Shown one piece after another: positions 24,369 through 34,884 of a stretch of 64,000 nt of DNA. The stretch lies in contig OZ024742.1 in the NCBI GenBank assembly GCA_964016885.1, positions 147,002,001-147,066,000 on the forward strand. Reading direction: 5' to 3'. The stretch is from Eledone cirrhosa. Lineage: Eukaryota. The first letter of the stretch is position 1, and each line of letters begins with the position of its first letter. The notes under the pieces were generated by a model. The model saw only the letters and a program-made list of their open reading frames with translations, had not been told where the DNA came from and made no database searches. The translations under genes were made by a program, and so were the position numbers.

Positions 24369-27272
24369 GTTTCTTTTATTTGCCACTAGGGCATCAAAAG
24401 TGGGACAAGTACAAAGGGGGGAGTTTACACAAAAAGGCGTCCTCAATAAGGAGGAGGCAATAACAAAATATAAAAATAAAATAAGATATAACAAAAAATA
24501 AAATTTTTAACAAAATCCTCAATAGAGAGGAGGCGCCTTGGGGGGTCGCACACACCCCCGAAAAAAGTGTGCAACCCTTTTCCTCAGGAGCACAGAGAGG
24601 GGGTGCTCCCTCGTTCCTTCCTCTTTTCCACCTACAGGCTTATGTAAAGAGAAGGCCCATTCACACGGGCCATTCTCGCCACTTTCACCCACCTTTCATA
24701 AAAACGACTGGGGTGCAGCACCTCTCTCTCCATCCTGATCCTTCTTCCGAAATGATATCGGAAGAAACGGACCAGTTGTTGGCCAGAGAGAAAGGTGCCT
24801 GACCTCAGTCCTTTCAGACGCGTCCACCATACAACCTCTTTCGCCATGGCTATTACGCACAGAAACACCGCCTCTGCTTCATCTTTGAAGGGGGGAGGCG
24901 GCTTGATCATTACAATAGACTCGGTGGTCAACCGGATCGGTCCCACCCCTGACAGCAGTTGTTCGACATAGCCCCACAGATCGGCTACGCCCGAGCAGTG
25001 TACCAATGCGTGTGCAACGGTTTCCTCGTCGCACACGCATCTGGGACAGATCTTTTTGGCGGGGTCTCTACCCGGGCGCCCGTGTCTGTAGAGCCTTTCT
25101 CGAACGGGTAAAGCCCCTCGGTAGCACTGCCAGGCCAGGGACTTCTGGAAGTTGTCCATAGGTCCCGGGCTGAATGTCCTACCGAACAGGCTGGCCAGTT
25201 CGTCCTCCTCCATGTCTAGGGCTTCTCCGAGGGCGTCGTCGCACCTGCTGCGTACCAGCCCTCTATAGAATGTTGCGGTGGAGTCTCCACTGATAACCGG
25301 ATCCGCCTGCCAGAGGGCGGTGACCGCCTGGGCACACTCAGTGTACCAGGCGCCCAGTTTTCTCGGTCTTTGCTTGACCCAGGATTGCAGCTCGGTGAGT
25401 GAGACGAGTCTGGGAAAGGTTCGTCTCACAAACGAGGCCCACACCGGTTGTCCGGTGAGGAATACGTAGAGGTGCCGTAGCCTTAATGCGTGTTTACGCA
25501 TCATTAGCCACAGCATCCCCAGCCCTCCTTTCGAAGGGTGTTGACAGCAGATGGATCTCCTCACCATAAGAGCCCGCCTCTTCCAAAGGAATTGGAAGAG
25601 CGCGCGCTCCATCTTGGTGAGGGTTTCCCTTGGGCAGGGCACTACGGTCAGGCGGTAGTAGATGACGGACGCTATATAAGTGTTCGCCACCTCCGCCCGA
25701 CCTTTCAGGGATAGTTTGCAACTGGCCCACTTCTGGGTCAGTGCAAACACCCTGTTCGTAACCTCCGCCCAGTTTTTCTCCACCTGGAGGTCCGGTCCGA
25801 ACCAGACCCCGAGCAACTTCACCGGGCCCTCCGTCCAGCGTCCGACGACGCCATCAGAGGGCATCGGTCTGCCCCTCCACGTGCCGAGTTGCAAACCGAT
25901 CGACTTGTCCCGGTTCAGCTTAGCCCCTGTGAACTTTTCGTACTCCTCCAGTAAGGTGCCGACCGCCTCGATTTCGGAGGCCGTCGACACCATTACTGTC
26001 ACATCATCGGCGTAGGCTGACACCGCTTTCCGCAATCCCGGTTCCAAAGGGATGCCCTGCAACAACTCCAACTTCCGCAGTAGTGGCTCGAGAGTCAACA
26101 CATACAGAAGGGAGGAGAGAGGGCACCCTTGTCGGATGGACCGCGCGATTTTGAACGGCTCCGAGAGGTAGCCGTTCACCTTGACCCTAGAGCAGATGCG
26201 GCTGCTGTGCATAGCAGTGATCCAGCCCCTGAAAACGGGTCCGAAGCCTGCCGCCGCTAGCACCGCATCCAGGTAACCATGGTCGACCCTATCGAACGCC
26301 TTAGATTGATCCAAGTTGATCAGAGCCCCACCAAAGCCGGGTTCGTTCCCAACCCTCTCTATGATGTATCGCATGAGGTGGAGGTTGTCATGGATGGACC
26401 TGGACGGGATAGCGCATGTCTGCGCATCTCCCACCAGGTTGCCCACGACAAGCGCCAACCTCTTTGCTAGCACCTTGGCCAAAATCTGTAACTCTGTATT
26501 TAGCAGAGTTATGGGCCTGAAGTTACTTATTTCGTCCCCCTTGTTCTCGTCCTTCCTCACTAGCGTGACTACGCCCTTGGTCACAGTACAGGGAATTCTC
26601 CCGTTCTGTTGCCAGTTGCAGTAGACCGCCTCGAGGAGATCGGGGAACAAGTCCGGCATAGCTAGATATAATTCGTAAGGAAGACCATCGAGACCCGGGG
26701 ATTTGCGTTTGCCGCATTGGCTCAGCACGTCCTCTATCTCAGCGGCCGAAATCGGCTCCTCGCAGGACTTCGCCTCCCTGTCCGAGAGGCGCGGCAGGCC
26801 GTCGAGGTATGGACCGAAGTCCACGTTCCCAACCGGCTCCCCGCCCCTCCCGAACAGTCGGGCAAAGTGCCTTTGAAAGGCCTCACACATCTGCTTAGGC
26901 TCAAGAATCGCCCGTCCATCCAGGTCTCGCAAAGACCGGATGGTGGATTTAGTTCCACTGTTGGCCTCTGTCACGCGGGCCCAGCTAACAGCTTTGGCCC
27001 CCTCGTTCCCTAGAGCACGTATTTTACTTCGGACAACGCAGCCTTCGTGCTTCGCGTCGAAAAACTGGCTCAAAGCCGTTCTCGACGCTAGCACTCTGGC
27101 CACGTCGCCGCTTCTAATTGCCTCTTCTACTCTATCTATTAGCTCCCTTTCCTTCCTATTTCTATCCGCAGCTAGAACCTTACTAAATTCAATCGAGACT
27201 ACTCTAATCTCTCTCTTTAGAGATACCCACCACCTGCTGTTGACGATCGTTCCAGTCAACCGTTCCTTAACT
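24369..27272 (-). mobile_element. Tx1/L1-clade LINE copy A, 5'-truncated, intact reading frame
   Basis: GC-rich RT ORF, structured 3' UTR and AATAAA just before a TATC/TC tract; the 5' end abuts (TATC)n(TC)n. Confidence 0.92.
24632..27271 (-). CDS. Tx1/L1-type ORF2 (truncated): RT domain plus C-terminal CCHC zinc knuckle
   Basis: KSPGLDGL, NFRPITLLNTE, DQSKAFDRVDH, RQGCPLS, AYADD, LSLKGR and CPRC..ETVAHALVHC. About 880 codons with no stop; no endonuclease domain present. Confidence 0.9.
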   Translation of the reverse strand, partial: VKERLTGTIVNSRWWVSLKREIRVVSIEFSKVLAADRNRKERELIDRVEEAIRSGDVARVLASRTALSQFFDAKHEGCVVRSKIRALGNEGAKAVSWARVTEANSGTKSTIRSLRDLDGRAILEPKQMCEAFQRHFARLFGRGGEPVGNVDFGPYLDGLPRLSDREAKSCEEPISAAEIEDVLSQCGKRKSPGLDGLPYELYLAMPDLFPDLLEAVYCNWQQNGRIPCTVTKGVVTLVRKDENKGDEISNFRPITLLNTELQILAKVLAKRLALVVGNLVGDAQTCAIPSRSIHDNLHLMRYIIERVGNEPGFGGALINLDQSKAFDRVDHGYLDAVLAAAGFGPVFRGWITAMHSSRICSRVKVNGYLSEPFKIARSIRQGCPLSSLLYVLTLEPLLRKLELLQGIPLEPGLRKAVSAYADDVTVMVSTASEIEAVGTLLEEYEKFTGAKLNRDKSIGLQLGTWRGRPMPSDGVVGRWTEGPVKLLGVWFGPDLQVEKNWAEVTNRVFALTQKWASCKLSLKGRAEVANTYIASVIYYRLTVVPCPRETLTKMERALFQFLWKRRALMVRRSICCQHPSKGGLGMLWLMMRKHALRLRHLYVFLTGQPVWASFVRRTFPRLVSLTELQSWVKQRPRKLGAWYTECAQAVTALWQADPVISGDSTATFYRGLVRSRCDDALGEALDMEEDELASLFGRTFSPGPMDNFQKSLAWQCYRGALPVRERLYRHGRPGRDPAKKICPRCVCDEETVAHALVHCSGVADLWGYVEQLLSGVGPIRLTTESIVMIKPPPPFKDEAEAVFLCVIAMAKEVVWWTRLKGLRSGTFLSGQQLVRFFRYHFGRRIRMEREVLHPSRFYERWVKVARMARVNGPSLYISL

Positions 27273-27280
27273 AGAGAGAG

Positions 27281-27316
<36 letters not shown>
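27273..27316. repeat. (GA)n(GATA)n tract separating Tx1-like copies A and B
   Basis: Directly visible. Confidence 0.95.
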
Positions 27317-28866
27317 TTCTTTATTAGCCACAAGGGCGCACAAGAAATGGGGGCAATACAAAGACATGCTGGGGATTTTACATACAGTCGTGTAAAAAAT
27401 ATAAAAACAAACAATTACAACAATCGAAATCCCCAATAGGAGGGAGGGCCACAAATGGGTTGTTTAATACCCCGTCGATAGAACAACCCTCAACTCCAGG
27501 AGCGTGTTGTGCAAGTGCTCCTTTCTTCCTTTTGCTCTCTTCCTCAACCTACAGGCTTATAAACAAAGAAGGCCCAATCACTCAGGCCATTTTCACTTCA
27601 TTCACCCACCTTTCAGTAAATTTACTGGGGTGCAGTGCCTCTCTCTCCACCCTGATTCTCCTTCTAAAGTGATACTTAAAGAAGGGAATCAATTGTTGTC
27701 CGGAGAGAAAGGCATCTGCCCTTAGTCCTCTCAACCTCGTCCACCATATAACTTCTTTCACCATAGCCACCGTACAGAGGAAAACCGCCTCTCTTTCGTT
27801 TTTGAAAGAGGCTGGCGGTTTGATCCTTACTATGGACTCGGCAGTCAACTGGATGTGTCCCATACACAACAGCATTTGTTCTGCATAGTTCCACAGGTCG
27901 GTTACGCCCGGGTAGTGTACAATTGCGTGCAGGACTGTTTCAATGTCCTGTGCGAATCTTGGACACGTCCTCTTGGAAGGATCCCTGCCAGGGCATCCGT
28001 GCCTGTAGATCTTGTCACGAACCGGTAGAGCTCCTCGGTAGCACTGCCAGGCCAGGGACCTCTGGAAGTTGTCCATAGGTCCCGGGCGGAAAGTCCTACC
28101 AAACAGACTGGTGAGCTCATCGTCTTCGACGCCCTTGTAACGTACAATCCATCTATAGAATGTCGAAGTGGAGTCTCCACTGATTGCTGCACCCACTTGC
28201 CAGAGGACTGTGAGCGCCTGAGCACATTCAATGTGCCAGGCGCCCATCGTTTTCGGTCTTTTCTTGACCCAGGATTGCAGCTCCGTCAGCGAGACGAGCT
28301 GTGGGAAAGCCTGTCTCACAAACGGTGCCCACACTGGTTGGGGGTCGGTGAGGAATACCTGGAGATGCCGCAGCCTCAGTGCATGTTTGCGCATCATCAG
28401 CCATGGCATTCCCAGTCCTCTGTTGGAATGGTGCTGACAGCAGACGGATCTCCTCACCAACAGAGCCTGCTTCTTCCACAGAAACTGGAAGAGCATGCGT
28501 TCCATCTTGGCGAGGTGTTCACGGGGCAAGGCATGACAGTCAAGCGGTAGTAGATGACGGACGCTATGAAAGTGTTCTCCACCTCCGCTCGACCTTTCAA
28601 GGACAGTTTGCACTCTGCCCACTTCTGGGTGAGTCCAAACACCTTGACCGTGACCTCGTTCCAGTTTTTCTCTACCTGGAGGTCTGGACCGAAACAGACC
28701 CCGAGCAATTTCACCGGTCCGTCCGACAGCGTCCAACGACGCTGTCGGACGTCATCAGTTTGCCTCTCCACGTACCGAGTTGTAAACCGACAGACTTGTC
28801 CGGGTTTAGTTTTGCTCCCATCAGCGTTTCGTATTCTTTCAGTAAGTTGCCGATCACCCCGATTTC
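27317..28866 (-). mobile_element. Tx1/L1-clade LINE copy B, 5'-truncated and frameshifted
   Basis: ORF pieces 28454-28771 and 27582-28736 are homologous to the copy A C-terminal half (GPVKLLGV, LSLKGRAEV, MDNFQRSLAWQCYRGALP); own 3' UTR with AATAAA. Confidence 0.9.
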
Positions 28867-28870
28867 CGAG

Positions 28871-28908
<38 letters not shown>

Positions 28909-28927
28909 GTAGATAGATAGATAGATA
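28867..28927. repeat. GAGA(GATA)n tract separating Tx1-like copies B and C
   Basis: Directly visible. Confidence 0.95.
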
Positions 28928-30221
28928 ACTTTCTATTTATTTGCCACCAGGGCATCAAAGATTGGGACAAATACAAGGAGGGGGGGGGGGTTACATACAT
29001 TTTAAAGGACGTGTAAAAACATATAACAAATCAAATTCAACAATCAAAGTCCTCAATAGGGAGGGGGTGTTGACGTGGTTCGCACACACCCCCGAAAAAA
29101 TGTGCAACCCTCCTCCTCAGGAGCACAAAGAGCGGGTGCTCCCTTCCTCTCCTCTCTCCCCTACAGGCTGATATAGAGAGAAGGCCCATTCACTCGGGCC
29201 ATTCTCGCCACTTTCACCCACCTTTCATAAAACTTGCTGGGGTAGAGCACCTCTCTCTCCATTCTGATCCTTCTTCTAAAATGGTACTTGAAAAAAAGGA
29301 CCAGTTGTTGGCCGGAGAGAAAAGTGTCTGACCTCAGCCCTTTCAACCTCGCCCACCATACAACCTCTTTCGCCATAGCAATCACAGAGGAAAGCCGCCT
29401 CTCCTTCGTTTTTGAAGGGGGGAGGCGGTTTGATCGTGACAATGTACTCGGTGGTCAACCGGATTGGTCCCACCCACGACAATAGTCATTCCACATAGCC
29501 CCACAGGTCAGCAATGCCCGGGCAGTGTACGAATGCGTGCGCGACAGTTTCCTCGTCACGCATTCGTACACTGCCCGGACAGATCTTCTTCGAGGGGTCC
29601 CTACCCAGGCGCCCGTGTCTGTAGAGCTTGTCCCGAATGGGTAGAGCTCCTCGGTAGCACTGCCAGGCCAGGGACTTTTGGAAGTTGTCCATCGGTCCTG
29701 GGCCAAACGTCCTACCGAAAAGACTGGCTAGCTCGTCTTCCTCCATGCCCAGAGCCTCTCCGAGAGCATCATCGCACTTGCTGCACACCAACCCTCTATA
29801 GAATGTTGAGGTTGAGTCTCCACTGATTGCCGGATCCGCTTGCCAGAGGGCCGTGAGCGCCTGGGCACATTCAATGTGCCAGTCGCCCACTTTTCTCGGT
29901 CTTTGCTTGACCCAGGATTGCAGCTCGGTGAGTGAGACGAGTCTCGGAAAGGCTCGCCTCACAAAAGGGGCCCACACCGGCTGACCGGTGAGGAATACCT
30001 TGAGGGTTCGTAGCCTTAATGCATGTCTACACATCGTCAGCCACGGCATCCCCAGCCCTCCGTTCGAAGGGTGTTGACAGCAGATGGATCTTCTCACCAA
30101 AGGGGCCCGCTTCTTCCAAAAGAATCAGAAGAGTACGCGCTCCATTTTGGCGACCGTTTTCGCTGGGCAAGGCATGATGGTCTTTGATAACACCTTGGCC
30201 AAAATCTTTAACTCTGTGTTT
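28928..30221 (-). mobile_element. Tx1/L1-clade LINE copy C, 5'-truncated, internally deleted and frameshifted
   Basis: ORF pieces 29486-30100 and 29161-29442 end in ARVNGPSLYISL like copy A. The 5'-most ~40 bp encode NTELKILAKVL. Followed by (GATA)n at 30225-30240. Confidence 0.9.
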
Positions 30222-30348
30222 GATGATAGATAGATAGATATATGCTACTTTCATCTTATTCTGGGAGTTTCAGAAGATCCAGGAACAGGGTGAAAGCAAT
30301 GATTCATTGCTTACACTTTAATCTGTACTAATAATAAATATGTATACA

Positions 30349-31222
30349 CAGGGTCGCAACTGTTTATAATTTTTTTAATTTTATAATACTTTTCCTTTCT
30401 TTTCAGGAATTATATGAACTGGGCCTGGGAAATTAATTATGGAAAAATACAGCACCGAGCAATGCACCCAAGTTGTGAAATTCTTCTACCAAAATCAGGG
30501 CTCAATAATTCAGACCCAGAGAGCATATCGGTGACACTATCGAGTGAAAGATGTTCCTAGTGACAGTGCGATTAGGAAATTGGTTAATCGTTTCAAAGAG
30601 CAAGGAGCAGTAAGTGATCACCCACGACCTGGGAGGCTTTGCACTGTCACAACTGATGAGACAAGGAAACAAGTTCAAGAGAGTGTCAAGGAAAATCCAG
30701 GCACATCGACGCGAAGGCGGTCAAGACAGCTCAGGATTTCACAAACTTCATTGCAAAGGGTTCTGAGAAGCTGCAAGAGAGACAATGCAGTTGCTACGGC
30801 AGTGCTTTGGAGAGAGAATAATCTCTCGTATGGCAATGTCAACTGGCCATCGCATTCCCCAGACTTGATTAGCCCTGACTTCTTCTTGTGGGGATAGCTG
30901 AAGGAGAGGGTTTATGTCAACAAACCGGAGACCCTGGAGCAACTGAAGAAGAATATCAATAGAGAAATCAGGGAAGTGTCACCTGAAACCCTTGTAGCTG
31001 TTATGGAGCACGTTATGGAAAGAGCACGGTGGTGCGAAGCCGAAAATGGCCGCCATTTGAAAGATGGAATTTTTCATAAGTAATGTAGAGGTATGACATG
31101 GATTGATGAGTGCAAAATAATTTCCATTATGTCCTTTAAGTTGTATCAAAATTTTATACATCAATTTGTACAATTCAAGAAGTTAATAAAAACTAAAACC
31201 CCTGTGTGACTTTTGGGCCACC

Positions 31223-31225
<3 letters not shown>
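30349..31225 (+). mobile_element. Tc1/mariner-superfamily DNA transposon relic with internal deletion
   Basis: Termini CAGGGT...ACCCTG followed by TA; encloses a transposase remnant. Confidence 0.8.
30439..31083 (+). pseudogene. Transposase pseudogene (HTH N-terminus joined to WPxxSPDL C-terminus)
   Basis: One frame: MEKYSTEQ...RPGR...STRRRS...WPSHSPDLISPDFFLWG*LKERVYVNKPETLEQLK, with two in-frame stops and most of the catalytic core missing. Confidence 0.85.
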
Positions 31226-31262
<37 letters not shown>

Positions 31263-31270
31263 TGTATATA

Positions 31271-31519
31271 TATTGTTATACTTTGGGAGGGTCATGTTGC
31301 CAATAAGGAAGACACGCACCAGTTGCTTTTACTTCAATTTATTATAATAAATTTATAAATTTAGGAATTTATAAATTTCCGGTTGGTTGGTTGGTTCCAC
31401 AACCAGATGGTTGTTTATATATTGTCAAAGTTCTTTCGTCACACATTCTGTGACCTCTTCAGTGACTGGGGATTCCTTTCTTTGTTTTTGTGCCTCTCCT
31501 TTGTTCTGTCCTACGCCAT
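31271..31519 (-). mobile_element. Partial second copy of the putative LTR at 1459-1848
   Basis: Near-identical reverse complement of 1603-1851, embedded in (TA)n. Confidence 0.8.
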
Positions 31520-31634
31520 CTTGTATACATCTTATATACAGTATATATATATATACTGTATATATGTGTGTATAAATATGTCTCCTTATATATATATACA
31601 TACATTATATATATATAAACATGTCTGCATATAT

Positions 31635-31789
31635 ATCATCATCATCTTCATTTAATGTCCATCTTCCATGCTAGCATGGGTTAGATGGGAGTTGTCCCAC
31701 TTGAGGCAAGGTTGGTTGGGTGACCGTGTCTCGCTCATATAGGACTATCTGGCAGGTTTTCTACGGCTGGATGCCCTTCCTAACACCAA
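31635..31789 (-). mobile_element. Short RTE 3'-tail-derived fragment
   Basis: (CAT)n...GTCCCACTTGAGGCAAG...GGATGCCCTTCCTAACACCAA, a diverged homologue of 2761-2913. Confidence 0.75.
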
Positions 31790-31831
31790 TATATATATAT
31801 ATATATATGTCTATATATACATTTATATATA

Positions 31832-32616
31832 TATAATAAATGAAGAATTAGAAATAGAAGTTAGGAATATCCGTCATCAGTTGTCTACTAGCCATCATAG
31901 GTATTTCTTCACATTACAGACCATATACCTCCAGCTAGGGCGATACAATAACTAAAATAAGTTATTGGGATAAAAAGAGTTGGGTTCTTCATTTATTATA
32001 CTTAAATGCAACAACACAGCTCACCATTTTTCATTCATATATGCTTTCCCCTTCGCTGTGACCTGTCTTTTTTCTCTTCTCTTACTGCTATCCTCTTTCT
32101 CTCTCCCCCTTCTCTCTCCTTCTCCCTCTTACTTTCACTCACCCCCTCTGCTAATCACCCTCTCTCAGCTAGCCTCTTCCTCACACTTTCACTCACTCAC
32201 TCTCTGCTACTCACCCTCTCTCTCACTTCCTCCATTGTCCCACACACCAGACGAGATTCTTTTCCTCGCTCACATCCGCACGGCTAAGATGTGTCTTTTA
32301 CCTTCTCGTCAATATTCGCCTGTTCTTATGTTCGAAATGAATTATTGACTTGATTTTTTCATTTTTTCCTCTCTTTACGTAGCCTCACCATTCGTGTTTA
32401 TTTACATGTCTCTCTTTCTCCACCCAACTCTTTTTATCCCAATAACTTATTTTAGTTATTGTATCGCCCTAGCTGGAGGTATATTGTCTGTAATGTGAAG
32501 AAATACCTATGATGGCTAGTAGACCACTGATGACAGATATTCCTAACTTCTATTTCTAATTCTTCATTTATTATACTTAATTGCAACAAGACAGCTCGCC
32601 ATTTTTCATTTATATA
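31832..32616 (+). mobile_element. Penelope-like terminal-repeat structure (inverted 153-bp arm plus partial direct repeat)
   Basis: 31832-31984 is the reverse complement of 32423-32575 with about 3 mismatches; 31985-32041 is directly repeated at 32560-32616; flanked by (TA)n. Confidence 0.65.
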
Positions 32617-32639
32617 TATATATGTATACATATTTAGAG

Positions 32640-33180
32640 GTCCCACCGGTCACTAATGATCCACCAAGCCTGGGCAAGGTTTCTTTGTGGAAGATCAGCA
32701 GTCACCCATGCATATTAGCCCCACCTCCTCCCAAAGGAAAGACAAAGGCCAATAGAGCTTGGCAGCAGTGATTCCACAACTAACTTCCACAGCCGAGTGA
32801 ACCAAAGCAATGTGAAATAAAGTGTCTTGCTCAAGGACACATCACCTCACCCAGTCAAAGAATTAAACTCACAACATCTTATCTGCAAGCCCAAAGCTCT
32901 AACCACTAAGCCATGCACCTTCACTCATATATATATATATGTGTGTGTGTGTCTTGTTCTTGAGCAAGACATTCCATTTTATGCTGCTCCAGCTCCATCA
33001 GCTGTAGAAATGGATTGTGACGTCAATGGCGGCAAGCTGTATTAACCACTGCTCCTCCCCAGGACAACATCAGTGATGTGGAGAGAGGATGCATCGGCAT
33101 CCACAAACAACCAGCCTTCCACAAACAACCCTGGCTGGACTTGTGCCTCAGAGGGCAACTTTCTAGGTGAAAATCCTATA
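32640..33180. mobile_element. Two SINE copies in opposite orientations
   Basis: 32640-32925 (minus) ends in AACCACTAAGCCATGCACCT, the reverse tRNA-like head; 32950-33180 (plus) shares the TCTTGAGCAAGACA body. Homologous to 57617-57915. Confidence 0.6.
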
Positions 33181-33326
33181 TATATGGAGAAATTAATTTT
33201 TATAAACAGACACAAATGAAATCTACATCTTACAAAGGAAATACATTTTTAACTGTTAATTTCATTCTCTCTCACCCACACTTTCTCTATTTATCTCTCT
33301 CTCATTCTCTCTCCTTATCTCTTCAT

Positions 33327-33878
33327 CTATCAGATTTGGTCAGATCAGATCAGACTGGATTGCATCAGATTGGACAGATTAATCTATCCAGTCCAATCCA
33401 GTCTGACCCAGCCCAATGCGGTCTAATCTGACCCAACCCAATTTGATCTAATCCGAACCATTTTGTTCCAGTCCAAGCTGATCCAGTTTGGCCCAATCTG
33501 GTCCGAAGCAATCAAATCTGATCCAATCTGATCTGGTCTGACCCAATCTGACCCAATCCAGAGCAATCCGATCCAGCTTGATCTTGATCTCATCCAGTCT
33601 GGTCTGATCCAGTCCAGTTTGATCTGGTTTGATCCGATCCAGTTTGATCCAATTCTGTCTGATCCAATCCAGGCTGATTCGGTTTTGTTTGAATCAATCC
33701 GGTTGGATCTGATTTTTTCTGGGTCAATCTGGTCTGGTTTGATTTAATCTGGTCCGATCCATTTTGATCCGATCTGGTCTGATCCAATTTGGTTTGATGC
33801 AATCTGGTCTGATTCAGTCCAGTTTGATCCAATCTGGTCTGATCAGGTTTGGCACAATCCGGTCTGATCAGAATCGGA
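33327..33878. repeat. Degenerate pentanucleotide repeat (ATCYR/GTCTG/GTTTG units)
   Basis: Clear 5-bp periodicity, e.g. ATCTG ATCCA ATCTG ATCTG GTCTG ACCCA. Confidence 0.9.
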
Positions 33879-34737
33879 TGTCAACAATACTATTGCTAAC
33901 ACTACAAACCACAATTGACTCAGAATTACTGCTATCCACATGTAGAAATATATTAGTTTAATGCTTCATATAGTAGGAAAAAAGTGTTTACGTTTCAGAC
34001 ACTAGTCCTTCATCAGAAGATAGAATTAGAAATAAAAGATGAAATAGAAAGATAGAGGATGAGAAGAAAAAGAAACAGAAAAAGATTTTTGAGAAACATC
34101 ACATGTATTCAGTCAGCCATTTTGGAAACATGTATATACAAACACATGCAATCTCCTCCCTTATACTTCTCATTGCCTGCAACAATGAGGCAGTATAATT
34201 TGTGATATTGATTTCTAGCTACATATTGAGGCCCATTGAAAGTTAAGTCTCTCCACTAGAGACATTCTACAGAAGAGATGCTGGTAAGTAAACTATGAGT
34301 GGTCAGCTGTTATCGACATTGCATTAACAGAAAAGACAAACATATTTTCAAACAAAGCAGCAACTAAGATAATGACACCAACATTTAAATATAACACATG
34401 TTTCTGTGTGTCTATGTTATTTATATTTACTGTTTGTTTATGTCCTGTAACTTAACACTTTAAGAAAAAGTGGTCGATAGAATAAATACCAAACTTGAAA
34501 AAAATTAGTACTGGGAGTCAATATAATTAACTAAATCTCTTCAAGCATGGTCACAGTCTAACAACTGAAACCAATAAAAGAAAAAATCTCATTAAATTGT
34601 TATTTCGTTGTTGTTGTTTTAAAATATGAACATGGTAAAAGTTTATAATGAAAGGCAGTACATGTTGATTGAATTAACCCCAATGGTTCACTATTTACCA
34701 ATGGGAGATAAATAAAACCTAAATCAAATTTAATTAT

Positions 34738-34884
34738 GCCAGTCAGTTTGCCATATGTGGGAAAGAGGACAGCTAAATTGTGTCAGTCTACCACATGTGG
34801 AAAAGTGGCCAGACCAATTGTGCCAGCTGGTCTAGCACATATAGGAAGGTGGTCAGTCTACCACATGTGGGAAGGTGGACAGCT
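34738..34884. repeat. Short degenerate tandem repeat, ~4 copies of GTCAGTCTACCACATGTGGGAAGGTGG
   Basis: Visible copies near 34743, 34782, 34829 and 34852. Confidence 0.7.

Noticed and set aside
27272-27454. Hydrophobic signal-peptide-like N-terminus of the 940-aa ORF
   Set aside because: Chance read-through from the copy B 3' UTR and the (TATC)n tract into truncated copy A; not a real N-terminus.
30650-30675. CTGATGA...GAAAC hammerhead-like cores
   Set aside because: No stem II or stem I, and it lies within transposase coding sequence; coincidental.
33590-33832. Pentapeptide-like ORF (DQTGL/NQTRL repeats)
   Set aside because: A product of the 5-bp DNA periodicity; no gene context.
34219-34289. 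Possible plus-strand exon ending at CTG|GTAAGT
   Set aside because: The 65-bp candidate has stops in all three frames; a 24-bp alternative cannot be supported without transcripts.
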